Below are positions 22,557-35,400 of a stretch of DNA of 64,000 nucleotides, piece after piece (the first letter of the stretch is position 1; each line of letters begins with the position of its first letter). The position numbers and the translations under genes were made by a program. The notes beneath the pieces are model-generated. The model was not told where the DNA came from, did no database searches, and worked only from the letters and a program-made list of their open reading frames with translations. Source of the stretch: Anthoceros angustus (Eukaryota > Plantae > Anthocerotophyta); assembly GCA_010909165.1 (NCBI GenBank), contig VJWM01000179.1:372001-436000 (forward strand), in the 5' to 3' direction.

Positions 22557-25500
22557 TTGAGCGACATGTGCGCCGCACCTAGTCATGTCTTTGTTTCTCA
22601 TCCGCTTGGTGTGTCCAATGTCATTTTTCCGCTCATTTGTTCCACCTATGTGTACAAGGCCACTTTGCGCACTCGTCCACTGCCACATGCGTTGCACCAT
22701 TTGCTATGTGTCTGCTTTCCACTTCCTGTGCCCAATGTCTTGCTCATTTGTTCCACTGTGTGCACAATGCCACTTTGCATGCAATTCGGTCCACTGCCAC
22801 ATGTGCGTTGCACCGTCATTTACTCGTATGCATCTTCCACTTCGTGCCCAATGTCATTTTTCCGCTCATTTGTTCCACTGTGCACAATGCCACTTTGCAT
22901 GCAATTCGGTCCACTCCACATGTGCGTTGCACCGTCATTTACTCGTCTTCCACTTCCTGTGCCCAATGTCATTTTTCCGCTCATTTGTTCCACTGTGCAC
23001 AATGCCACTTTGCCCGCACGGTCCACTCGCCACATGTGCGTTGCACCGTCATTTACTCGTATGCATCTTCCACTTCCGTGCCCAATGTCATTTTTCCCGC
23101 ACATTTGTTCCACCTGTGTGCACAATGCCACTTTGCATGCAATTGTCCACTCACATGTGCGTTGCACCGTCATTTACTCGTATGCATCTTCCACTTCATG
23201 CCCAAGGCCACTTTTCCTAGGCTCGATATTGGTTCTACGGTGGCACAATGCCACTTTGCATGCAATAATGTTCCTTTGGAAGGGTGGATGAGTAACTCGG
23301 TGATGATCGTGAGGGCAGACGAAGGAAGAGCAAGGTGGCTACCATCCTCGGACCACGATCCAGACGCTGGGAGTTGGCGGATGTGAATCGCAACTTGACA
23401 AGGTGGATGCCACGCAAAGGAGGTGAAGCAAGCATTGGTGGTGAAAACAGAGACTTGGGGAGGTGGCGTTCGACATCCGCAAGTGTTCTCAAGAAATGGA
23501 GATGGTGCGAAGAGCATTGACGAGGACGAGACTTTTGAGGACATTCAAGGGCAGATCCCTAATCGCCCACCTTCGGGCCGACTTCAAGCCTTGTACACTG
23601 GAGAAAAGCCTGTACCTTGGGTTGAGGAGTTAGCGACAGAGGCCGCGCCAACATGAGCTTGCGAGGCTTGCGTTGTTGACCGAAAGGAGGCGGATGTTCA
23701 ACATCCTCAAGTCTCTTGCAGTCATGGATGTTGAAGTGGAAGGGAGGCTGTCGCACCAACTTCCTTCCAGCGCCATTGAGCGACATGTGCGCACCCTAGT
23801 CATGTCTTTGTTTCTCATCCGCTTGGTGTGTCCAATGTCGGTTTATCTGCTTTGTTCCACCTATGTGTACAAGGCCACTTTGCATGCAATTCGTCCACTC
23901 CACATGTGCGTTGCATCATTTGCTATGTCTGTCTTCCACTTCCTGTGCCCAATGTCATTTTTCCGCTCATTTGTTCCACTGTGCACAATGCCACTTTGCC
24001 CGCACGGTCCACTCGCCACATGTGCGTTGCACCGTCATTTACTCGTATGCATCTTCCACTTCCGTGCCCAATGTCATTTTTCCCGCACATTTGTTCCACC
24101 TGTGTGCACAATGCCACTTTGCATGCAATTGTCCACTCACATGTGCGTTGCACCGTCATTTACTCGTATGCATCTTCCACTTCATGCCCAAGGCCACTTT
24201 TCCTAGGGCATATTGGTTCTGGTGGCACAATGCCACTTTGCATGCAATAATGTTCCCGGAAGGGTGGATGAGTAACTTCGGTGATGATCGTGAGGGCAGA
24301 CGAAGGAAGAGCAAGGTGGCTACCATCCTCGGCGACCACACGATCCGTATCGGCTGGGAGTTGGCGGATGTGAATGCAACTTGACAAGGTGGATGCCACT
24401 GCAAAGGAGGTGAAGCAAGCATTGACTGGTGAAAAACAGAGACTTGGGGAGGTGGCGTTCGACATCCGCAAGTGTTCTCAAGAAATGGAGATGGTGCAGA
24501 AGAGCATTGACGAGGACGAGACTTTTGAGGACATTCAAGGGCACATATCCCTAATCAGCCACCTTTCGGGCCAGCTTCAAGCCTTGTACACTCTGGAGAA
24601 AAGCCTGTACCTTGGGTTGAGGAGTTAGCGACAGAGGCCGCGCCAACATGAGCTTGCGAGGCTTGCGTTGTTGACCGAAAGGAGGCGGATGTTCAACATC
24701 CTCAAGTCTCTTGCAGTCATGGATGTTGAAGTGGAAGGGAGGCTGTCGCACCAACTTCCTTCCAGCGCCATTGAGCGACATGTCGCACCCTAGTCATGTC
24801 TTTGTTTCTCATCCGCTTGGTGTGTCCAATGTCGGTTTATCTGCTTTGTTCCACCTATGTGTACAAGGCCACTTTGCATGCAATTCGTCCACTCCACATG
24901 TGCGTTGCATCATTTGCTATGTCTGTCTTCCACTTCCTGTGCCCAATGTCATTTTTCCGCTCATTTGTTCCACTGTGCACAATGCCACTTTGCCCGCACG
25001 GTCCACTCGCCACATGTGCGTTGCACCGTCATTTACTCGTATGCATCTTCCACTTCCGTGCCCAATGTCATTTTTCCCGCACATTTGTTCCACCTGTGTG
25101 CACAATGCCACTTTGCCTGCAATTCTGGTCCACTCTGCCACATGTGCGTTGCACCGTCATTTACTCGTATGCATCTTCCACTTCATGCCCAAGGCCACTT
25201 TTCCTAGGGCATATTGGTTCTGGTGGCACAATGCCACTTTGCATGCAATAATGTTCCCGGAAGGGTGGATGAGTAACTTCGGTGATGATCGTGAGGGCAG
25301 ACGAAGGAAGAGCAAGGTGGCTACCATCCTCGGCGACCACACGATCCGTATCGGCTGGGAGTTGGCGGATGTGAATGCAACTTGACAAGGTGGATGCCAC
25401 GCTGCAAAGGAGGTGAAGCAAGCATTGGTGGTGAAAAGCAGAGACTTGGGGAGGTGGCGTTCGACATCCGCAAGTGTTCTCAAGAAATGGAGATGGTGCG

Positions 25501-25760
25501 AAGAGCATTGACGAGGACGAGACTTTTGAGGACATTCAAGGGCACATCCCTAATCGGCCACCTTCGGGCCCAAGCCTTGTACACTGGAGAAAAGCCTGTA
25601 CCTTGGGTTGAGGAGTTAGCGGAGGCCGCCAACATGAGCTTGAGGCTTGCGTTGTTGACCGAAGGCGGATGTTCAACATCCTCAAGTCTCTTGCAGCAGT
25701 CATGGATGTTGAAGTGGAAGGGAGGCCTGGTCGCACCAACTTCCTTCCAGCGCCATTGGA
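22557..25760. repeat. Three tandem ~1.0-1.2 kb units, each a satellite block plus a coiled-coil coding segment
   Basis: Units begin ttgagcgacatgt at 22557, ~23777 and ~24771; the last ends ccattggagcggac at ~25760. Confidence 0.9.
22620..23190. repeat. ~118-120-bp tandem satellite (also at ~23870-24185 and ~24860-25190)
   Basis: Recurring ccactgtgcacaatgccactttgcatgcaatt...cacatgtgcgttgcaccgtcatttactcgtatgcatcttccactt...cccaatgtcattttt. Confidence 0.9.
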
Positions 25761-26060
25761 GCGGACGACCGGGCCAACAATTGCTGTGAATGCTTGCCCT
25801 ATATGCGCAAGGTATTCTTTCGGTGTACTGTGCGGATCTGTTTTCTTGTCTCGAACTGGTGTCCACCTTGTTTCTCATTGAGTGCGTGTCATTGCAGGTG
25901 GTTTGGCTGCAATGAGCAGGTTTTGCTCTCGTGCGGGCATATGTACCATGAATTTTGCCTTTTTTTCCCATTTGCAGACCAACAAGACATGTGCCAAGAC
26001 TGCAGATGGATGTGGACACCGGTGGTATGTCGCAAAGGTTGGGACCTTCAGGAACAGCAT
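25200..26060 (+). pseudogene. Coiled-coil segment followed by a RING-like zinc finger
   Basis: AKEVKQALTGEKQRLGEVAFDIRKCSQEMEMVQKSIDED (clearest in the copy at 24374). Then CPIC...CNEQVLLSCGHMYHEFCL..HLQTNKTC...CG across frames at 25790-26010, which has RING C/H spacing. Confidence 0.55.
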
Positions 26061-26689
26061 TGTAGGCGCAGGTGGAAGCTCAAGGAGTGGAAATCGAGTA
26101 CCTTGAGTGGTAAAGGATCCGGATGCATTGTTGTCCCGCCTTGAGAAGATCCGCCGTAGCCACCGCCGACACATGCGCAGCATCTCCAGTGTGTGTAGAG
26201 GTGTGTGCCGAGGAATAGGGTTCTCCTTTGCACTGTTGCTTTCCTCCAAAGTCTAATGCTATCATCGCGTTTTTTCTGACTGCTATGAAAAGTCGCCACG
26301 TGCGATGTCTGCCGTGTTCCCATTCGAACACGGCCACTGCTTGCCACCGGGCGCGCTCACGGCTCGTGCGGGTCGCAGAGGGGTGCTTGGACCCGCCTCG
26401 GTGAAAAAAACGACTCCAATGCAAGGGGTCAACTGTAGGCCTCGAGAAGGTTGCAACAATGGAATTGCTGCAGTTGATGACACCACGCGGAGCGGATCAC
26501 AGAAGACCCGTACGTGGAACGAGGTGCGGTGTGGGGAGGCATCAGAGGTTCATGGAGGTGATGACGTGGTTGGCGGCTTAGTGGACGACATCCAACCCCA
26601 AGCACTTGATGACTTTTTACATGATGCAGAAGTTTGGGACAACTTTGCAACAACGCCCACACCTGAGGAAGCGACGCCCAATGCGGAGG

Positions 26690-27090
26690 TGGAGAATGAG
26701 CCACATGAGGTGAAGAAGGCCACATCTGAGCGGGAAAAGGCCACACTTATAGTGGAGAATGCCACATTTGAGGTGGACAAGGACACACATGAGGTGGAGG
26801 GGAGCTACGAGGTGAAGGCCACACCGGGCGTAAAAGTGCCACACATGAGGTGGAGAATGACATAGCTCAGTTGAGAAGGCCACACTAGAGGTGGACAAGG
26901 ACACGCTTGAGGTGGACATGGAGGGGCATCGTAGAGAAGGCCACACCGACTGCACAATGCCACACATGAGGTGGAGAATGACACACTTGAGGTTGAGAAG
27001 GCCCCACTTGAGGTGGATAGGGACACACCGAGGTGGAGAATGAGGACACATCTCATGAGGCGAAGGATGATGGACCAAGTGGACAAGGAC
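26690..27090 (+). repeat. Degenerate 21-bp coding repeat (acidic heptads EVEKATL / EVENDTL / EVDKDTH)
   Basis: gaggtggagaatgacacactt gaggttgagaaggccccactt gaggtggatagggacacaccg; ORFs 26305-26865 and 26971-27219. Confidence 0.75.
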
Positions 27091-27239
27091 ACATGTCGTG
27101 GAGCAGTGGGGTGGAGGTGTCGCCGAACTGTCGAGGCTGGAAATGTGAGTGGGGTGGGCAGTTTGGTGCAAGATGGTAATAGTGAGGCCGCCGAGGGATG
27201 GGGACCCGCCTGGGAGTAGAGGCAGGCGGAAGGCTCCAA

Positions 27240-27620
27240 AGACGACCAAACCAAGCATTCATCAAGACCAAGACTAGTCACTTGTCTGGAGAGAGTTGGA
27301 GCCCGGAGACAACTATATGGTACGTGAGCCGTGCAATGAACGTTAAATTCTACCTCGTGTGTGTCGAGGGTGTTCGCAGGCTCGAGGCACGATGAAGACA
27401 AGTTTTGGAAGGGTCGCCCAATTCGCACGCGAGGTTGTTGAAGGTAATTATTATGTGGAAGTAGGGCCCGGCTATACCACCGAACAAGGGAAGCTTGGGC
27501 AACTGTCTCGTCAAGGCATCACGGCTTGTGCCAAAGTCGAGATGCCGGAGGTGACAGCCGGATCCCCACAACAAGAAGGACAAGCCCAAGTATTGGGTAA
27601 GCCCCTACGGCCACGCTAGA
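27240..27620 (+). pseudogene. Remnant similar to the C-terminal domain of the Sola2-like transposases
   Basis: ELEPGDNYMV...KFYLVCV...EVVEGNYYVEVG resembles LELGDNFVV...NFYLAKC...KVVV at 28750-28870 (minus). Confidence 0.5.
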
Positions 27621-28002
27621 GGAAGCCCTAGAGGCACATGTCAAACGAATCAGAGGTGGCTAGACAACCGGACAATGGAGAGACTAGAAAAGACACCGCT
27701 TGACATACTTGATAGAATCTTTGGACAATTTTGAAGTGCTTCAATTGAGAAACAATAGCGCCTCCGCATGTACAGGAGAGCCTTCCTTCCAACACACACC
27801 ACGCCTAAACACGCAAGAACAAACATGGGCGGGAATAACGAACTTCTCCCAAACACTAGATGGCCCTTTTCTTGGTCCCTTCTTAGAGACTAGCTTGACT
27901 TCGCGATTGTGTATCCTCGCCTCATCCTCCGGTGGGCCACCGACGCGTGATCACCGACGCCACCGGGCCGTGGCGACCCTTTCCGACAGCCATTGGATCT
28001 GC

Positions 28003-30115
28003 GTGATCACCACCAAATGACTACGCAAGTCTTCCGGACACTTGCCCGAGGCTGCCCGAGCCATGAATGGTCTCCGCCTACCATCCGCGCATCGCCATCG
28101 CACCGACACCGCGCCGCCATCGCACCGACACCGCCGCCATCGCCGACCGCTGCCATCGCACGCCATCGCGACACCGCGCGCCATCGCACCGACACCGCGC
28201 CGCCATCGCGACACCGCGCCGCCATCGCCGACACCCGACGTCGTGGCCATGACTCACTTGCATCAATCTTTGGCTCTTCCAAGGTCTTCCACGAGATGGG
28301 GTTTTAAAAGGCGCTTAAGTTGGGCATTGTCACCCGCAAGGTCGCAAGTCAAGCAAAGTGCTCCGGATCCCAAGCGGAGTGGAGCGGGTCATCACAGTGT
28401 GAATATGGCCACATCTTGAGCAACGGACCATGGTATTTACAAGTTCGTCAAGGTCATTTCAATTGTTGGCATATGTACAATTGAGGCCTTAGAGTCGACT
28501 ACGAAAACACAAATGGGTTCTGGTTTCCCTCCCTCACAAGCTCCTTAAAGGACTCGACCGTGTCCGAGTCAAGCACATACACTAGTCGGCCTCCTTCCAC
28601 GCGTTCCAAAAGTGGGAACTTGCAGGTCTCCACGTAGGATGAAAGAAGGGTGACCTCCGTAGCCTCATGATCCAAAGTGTACACACAACCATCCGGCTCA
28701 ACCCGAGTAATCCCACAACCACCTTATCCACAGGAAATTTTGTCCGCCCGAGTGTAATGTGCTCCGTGGTCACATGCAGCAACTGCACTTTGCCAAATAA
28801 AAGTTGAACCTTCGCCTCGGATCCGTGACGCACCACAAAGTTGTCTCCAAGCTCCAAGAGGTGCAATTTCGAGACATCTTCACTAGCAACACCATTAGCG
28901 CAGGATATCCGGACCAACCGCATGTAGCGACAATGGTGCGGTCACGGTCCGAATTCACCAACGCCCTCTCGTCCGCCTCGAGTAATCAATGCCATATGCC
29001 CGTATAGGGCATCTCACATGCTCCATGGTCACCCCATGCACACAAGACAAAAACACGCAAGATGCCGCATCACCACCAAATGACTACGCAAGTCTTCCGG
29101 ACACTTGCCCGGTGCAGAGCCATGAATGGTCTCCGCTACCATCGCGCCATCGCACCGACACCGCGCCGCCATCGCGCCGCCATCGCACCGACACCGCGCG
29201 CATCGCCGCCATCGCACACGCGCACCGCCGCCATCGCACCGACACCGCGCCGCCATCGCACCGACACCCGCGACGTCGTGGCCATGGCTCACTTGCATCA
29301 ATCTTGGGCTCTTCCAAGGTCTTCCACGAGATGGGGTTTTAAAAAGGCGCTTAAGTTGGACATTGTCACCCGCAAGGTCGCAAGTCAAGCAAAGTGCTCC
29401 AGATCCCAAGCGGAGTGGAGCGGGTCATCACAGTGTGTGAATCTGGCCACATCTTGTGCAACCAGACCATGGTATTTACAAGTTCGTCAAGGTCATTTCA
29501 ATTTCAGGTTTGGCATATGTACAATTGAGGCCTTAGAGACTACGAAAACACAAATGGGTTCTGGTTTCCCTCCCTCACAAGCTCCTTAAAGGACTCGACC
29601 GTGTCCGAGTCAAGCACATACACTAGTCGGCCTCCTTCCACGCGTTCCAAAAGTGGGAACTTGCACGTCTCCACGTAGGATGAAAGAAGGGTGACCTCAG
29701 ACCTCATGATCCAAAGTGTACACACAACCATCCTCCAACCCGAGTAGTCTTGGCCCACAACCACCTTACAGGAAATTTTGTCCGCTCAGGACGTAATGTG
29801 CTCCGTGGTCACATGCACAGCAGTGCACTTTGCCAAATAAAAGTTGAACCTTCGTCACAGGATGCACGCACCACAAAGTTGTCTCCAAGCTCCAAGAGGT
29901 GCAATTTCGAGACATCTTCACTAGCAACACCATTAGCGGGATCGGTGGCCCATGGACCAACCGCATGTAGCGACAATGGTGCACTTGCCTCGGGTCGACC
30001 ACGTCCTCTCTCGTCCGCCTCAGTAATGGCCAGATGCCATATGCATGCTGTATAGGGCACCGCTCACATGCTCCATGGTCCATGTCCATGCACAGCACAA
30101 AAACACGCAAGATGC
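28003..30115. repeat. Tandem duplication, 2 x ~1.06 kb
   Basis: Copies begin atcaccaccaaatgactacgcaagtc at ~28003 and ~29072. Confidence 0.9.
28075..28250. repeat. catcgcaccgacaccgcgccgc array just downstream of transposase C (also at 29130-29280)
   Basis: Directly visible short GC-rich tandem units. Confidence 0.85.
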
Positions 30116-31077
30116 ATCTTGAGCCGAGGGTTGGTTGCATCCATCGAGTCACCATATATCGTGCATGCCTTTAGAACCCGGGATTGGTGCACACCCCCAC
30201 CGCTGCCTGCGGTTGACTTCATTCTTTCCCACCAACCAAAAACCCTTTGCACCGCCTTTCTCCACTTGCATAGGAGGATGCACATTGGATATCTTGGACC
30301 GCAGAAGTCGACAACATCCGCGGCTCTCTGCATTCGCGATGAAGGTGACTCTTGACACGTAGTGCCCTCTTTAATATGGTGCTCCCCTTTCCGTGGCTCG
30401 ACCCAAAATAGCTCCACGTGCATCCTCCGGTTAGACTTGGGTACCGCCACAAAATAGCTTGGTCCGCAAGCCTTAAATCTGCACCATCCGACCACATCCA
30501 ATGCTCGTGGACTCTTGTATCCATTTGACGAGTCCCAATGTAGCATAAGGGCATCTTTGGACAAAGAGAGTGCATGTCGCATGTCATCACTAATGTAAAA
30601 GTGGTAAAACTTGAACATTCTGTAGGGTCCTCCTCCACCACCGCCCCATCCGCATATATGTAACATGAACTAGAATAGTAACTTGATCACTATGCGATTG
30701 CATTGATTGTATCTCATTCGAACTTGAAAAGCATAGTTCGAAAAGTCCATAACAAACTATCACATCCTCGAAACCAATCAATGCACTTAAACCCGAGGCT
30801 TGCCATCTTTGGACGTAGTCATGTGAAATGAAAGTCAATTTATCCTTAAGAAATTCAATCATCGCGACGGATGGGTTTCCAGAAACTAGCTTTATTCGGA
30901 CTTGGAGGTTCCGTCCTCATTCACTCCCACCTTCCGATATTCAAGCACCGCCACTTGACTTCATCTCCAAAAATGCTTGTGAAACCTCCTTAGGACGGAG
31001 GGCTTGGAAACTCCACAGCGCCGACCAAGCAAACATTTTCGCCTATGCTCCTCATCCGGTGCTCTAGGGCATAAACA

Positions 31078-31870
31078 GAGTGCACCATCTCTGGACGGAT
31101 GAAAACATCTCCGGCGCGCGTGGCCCCTCCTCGGGTTCCTCTCCACACCCCATGTGTACACGCACACGAGGTGCACCTTTGGCAAGCTGCGTCGTGGGCG
31201 TCTTTCAAAATGCCATCTCGACATGGTACCGCAACAATGCATATTTCTCTTGCGATTTGATGAAGAAGGGCTTGTTCTCGAATGCTCGTTGGCCAATCTT
31301 GATATCCGGATTCTCCTTTTGAAAAGCGCAAAAACTCCGTCGCACATCACTCACGACAATGTATGCTCGTAACATCTCCTCTAAAAGCTGGGACACCAAG
31401 ATGTGACCAAACAAAGTAGATAGAGTGGAGCGGTCACAAAGGACAGAGCCACATGAAGTGCCCCACTCACAAAGCAGTGCACCATCTCTGACGGATGAAA
31501 ACATCTCCGGTGGCACTTGTCCCCTCCTCGGGTTCCTCTCCACACACCCAGTACACGTGCACACGAGGTGCACCTTTGGCGAGCCGTGGCAGCGTCTTTC
31601 AAAATGCCATCTCGACATGGTACCGCAAACAGACATTTCTCTCTTGCGATTTGATGAAGAAGGGCTTGTTCTCGAATGCTCGTTGGCCAATCTTGATATC
31701 CGGATTCTCCTTTTGAAAAGCGCAAAAACTCTCGCACATCACTCACGACAATGTATGCTCGAACATCTCCTCTAAAATGGGACACCAAGATGTGACCAAA
31801 CAAAGTAGATAGAGTGGAGCGGTGCACAAAGGACACAGAGCCACATGAAGTGCCCCACTCACAAAGCGGT
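31078..31870. repeat. Tandem duplication, 2 x ~400 bp
   Basis: Copies begin agtgcaccatctct(g)gacggatgaaaacatc at ~31078 and ~31477. Confidence 0.88.
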
Positions 31871-32486
31871 GAGCCTTGTATATCCTCGAGTGAACTGAGC
31901 TACAAGAATGAACATTGCACGAGCAAATGATCGAGAGCCATGGCAAAGGAGCGGAGCCGTGCCAAATGATCGAGCCGGCAAATGAGCGAGCTGTGGAACG
32001 ACTGTGAGCCGAGCGAATGAGAAGGAGCCGAGCAAATGAGCAATAGCTGTGGCAAATGACAAGGAGCGAGTAAAATGACAAGGAGCGAGCAAATGACAAG
32101 GAGCGAGCAAATGAGCGAGCAAATGAGCGGATACAAATGACCGGAGCCGAGCAAATGAGCAATAGCTGTGGCAAATGACCATGGAGCGAGCAAATGATCG
32201 AGCCCGGCAAATGACCGGAGCAAGAGCAACTAAACAAGAGCTGTGGCAAGCATGGCGCAAGCAAAGAGAGTGAAGGTCAAGCGAGCCCACACAGGAGGAA
32301 ACTCGAACATGCAGAGGATAGAAGTACAAGCTGTGGTCATCACATAGTGATGATCCCGGGCTTGAAACAAGTTAAAGGGTTAGTGGCGTGTTCAATTGCA
32401 AGAATAGACTAGCTTGCAGGCAAGGAGACGCTCACCACTGGGCGTGCGCACCGCCGGGGAAGAAAGAGAAATTGTGAATGAATCAC
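31772..32486 (-). other. Putative intron in transposase C containing GAGCAAATGA repeats
   Basis: The donor follows HFLDTS as in transposase A (cg|GTGATT at 32486); acceptor ttttAG at 31772; repeats at ~31900-32240. Confidence 0.5.
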
Positions 32487-35400
32487 CGAGAGGTATCTAG
32501 GAAATGGATGATGTGCGTGAAGACAAGAGGAGCCACCAGCCGCATCCTTGGAGTTGGAGGAAGGCCTTGACGACTCCCAAAATTGCAAAATTTCCTTAAC
32601 CCCTTGGGGCAAACAATCGAACGAGCCTTCCCCACCCACACCAGCCCTCTGGTGCACTTTGCAAATCGCGGGTTTGAAGATGGCGTGCCACAACTCTTGA
32701 CCCCAAGGACTCGGCCCAAGGCGCTCATTGCTTGCCTCACGTCGTTAGTTAGCACAATATTCATAAAGGTTTGTCTTGCCTTCAAGTGATCGACGCTTGT
32801 ACACTCCGCATTTTTCATGGCCTGATGTTTGAGCGAGGATGTGGCTTCGAGCCTTCACCCTACAAGAACGGGGGAAGAATTCCTTGAGGCCACGAAGCTG
32901 GAAAAAGCATCTAACACCTTAGCCTTGCTATCGAATGAAGTGGGCAGTTCTACAACCGAAAACGTGGCCAAGTTCTCGAGCAATACGCCCACATTGTGCA
33001 TCATCACGGCCCCATCACGACTGGGTGAGATCCCGCCCCTTTGCCGTGCACGGAATCGCCTTGACCGCCTGTGGATGAAAGAGGACGTGTTGTTCAGACT
33101 AGTTCCCTCCTCACTCATTGAGGGTTCTTGATCCGGAGAAGCGCCTCACACCCACCCTCCGCCGTATGATTATCACCGTGACAATCCTCCTCCATGCGAA
33201 GGAGCTCCCGCCTCTTGCCTAACATCCGCCACGCACAAAGATGCTCCATCTTCCACACGCAAAGATGCAACTCAATTTGCTTTTCCCTCCACCGGCCCAG
33301 CGTGTTTTGCTTTTCCTAAGTGCACCCGAGAGGGAGGCGCTGCTGAGCCATTCAATTCCCTTGCTCGCGGACGGGCTCCCTTCCCGCCTCCTCCCTCTCG
33401 CAGCTCAAGATCTGGGCACATGGTTCACACACGGGCACCGAGCGCCTGCGCAGCTGGTGAAAGGTCTCGCAGCGTGAAGATGGCGGTTATGCTCTCATTG
33501 GTGACAAGTGCACCAACATGGGTACTTACCATCTTTTGAAAATCCGCTTAGACAAAACTTTGAAATACAAACAAGTTTACACTTGTTTGTGACCATGCTT
33601 CACTTTCGGTGTTCCATGTTCACTTGACACGCTCTTGAAATTCGCAGTGGTACAACTTTGAAATTCGCTTATTCCAAACTTTGAAATTTGAACAAGTTCC
33701 AACTTTGTGACAAAGACTCACTTTTAGTGTTCTGTGTTCACTTGACGTTGCGTTGAAATTCAAATGAGCTTGGGTTGTGTGTCTTGTGCTCACTTTTTGT
33801 ATCCAAAGCTCACTTGTCCATCCATGATCAAGTAATTAAATACCAAATGCAAAATCATATCCTTAAGATCCGAGCATTTTCTGTGGACTTGTTGCCATGC
33901 TCTTAGTTTTGGGAAAAAACTTGAATCACTTGATCATTATTCTAGCGAGGAGAGTTTTTGAAGGTAAATATGTCCACATGTGGACATATTTCCACGCTGC
34001 CGCCCCCACATAATGTGGTCTACCTAACTGCAGATGCTTGCACCCGTGGTTTACACGGTGTCCAAGACTATGTACCTTCTCGCCACCATTCAACTCACTT
34101 GGTTTGGCCGCTTCGTCCACGCCACGCGAGGTGAGAACATTGAAGGTCAGCCACACGATAGAACCTGCATTGTGATGCACGACCTGTCCTATGGGGCGGT
34201 CAAGCGATCGAATAGGAGCTCACGCCCGGTAGAGGGCGTGGCGACAGTGGAAGGACGGGCCACAAGGAGGCGGCTCGTGAATCGCGTGGGGAGGCCATTG
34301 GAAGATTAGGTGCATGGTACCACCGTGCTGTGAGCACAATGTTGTGGACATTTAGTACGCGGATATATGCTTAATGGCATTCAAATTTTGAACACTTGGC
34401 AGTGGTGGTAGGAGATCACAGGCGTGAACATGGATATGCAAGCGCGGGACTGAGCACTGACAACATCGCACACCGGTCAAGCTTGGAAGAGGTGGAGTGG
34501 CGAATGGCTTGGATGAAGGAAACCACTGCGAAGGTGGTGTCCGCGGCGGCCGCGATGGAGGCGGCGAGGGAACACGGACTCACCATCGGCAGGAGCGGCT
34601 GGGCGACGGCGAGAGCACAGAGGCCAGCTAGATTGCCGCAAATTGCTTGTGACGTAATGGCGCCGCTGGCTGAGGCGTGACCACGCCATTGGCGGACGAG
34701 GATCGCCCGTAGCGGATGGCGGGCTTGCAGACGAAGAAGGGCATATGGACGGCTGGTGCCTAGCGGAAAGTCATCGAGTCTCAACTCGGGGCAAGGTGTG
34801 ATGATGAAGTCGCCCTGCTCGGCGAGATCTTATGTGGCGGGAAGCATGGGCGGAGGCGGGAGGTAGCCGGTGGGGAAGAAGAGCAGGAGGAGAGGAGGCG
34901 AGTTGGAGCCCTCAGTGAGCCGAGAGGGCTCCTTTGTCGAGGAGGTAGAAGGCCCATTTCAGCGAATTTTGACATCAGGTGGGGTGAGAGGGTTGGTACT
35001 TGAGGCGTTCTCGGAAGAACACACATGGCGAGGGTGCTTGGATGCACCTCCAGTGAGAGTTGAGTTAGAGCGTTCTCGCCGAGGAGGGCTCACCCACTTT
35101 GAGTGGCGCGGGGTGTTGAACATGGTGCACCAACTAGTGCAAGCGGACATGGACATTGCGATCTTTGGAGGCTGTGGAGGACAAGAAAGAAGAGCTGCGG
35201 CGGAAAAATGCATTGCAGCTTATCAAGTGGGAGGTGAACAAGCAATTGGTCGATTAGATCTCGGATCTGCCGGTGTGGGAAAAATGCAAGAGCACTTGTG
35301 ATCAACAAAAGGCAGCAGCGGAGGCGGAGAAGCAAGCGCATGCCTCCCAACATTACAAAGGATGTATGGGTGAAGTGCGTACAAGAGGAAGAGGCAAGGT

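Larger units (their letters stand above)
28490..33130 (-). pseudogene. Sola2-like transposase C, frameshifted and partly duplicated
   Basis: HIIHFLDTS; ENPDIKIGQRAFE.KPFF...RYHVEMAF; HDYVQRWQ...NEIQSM..HSDQVTILVHVTY; FYHFYISDD; WSDG; WSYFGSSHGKG...ILKRAL; C-terminal LELGDNFVV...LVYVLDSDTVESF. Confidence 0.82.

Noticed and set aside
22515-25385. Cys/His-rich ORFs resembling zinc-finger arrays
   Set aside because: They are products of the 120-bp satellite; all three frames look similar and no finger spacing is consistent.
31743-32329. Minus-strand ORFs of 109-173 aa
   Set aside because: They are translations of GAGCAAATGA repeats in the putative intron.
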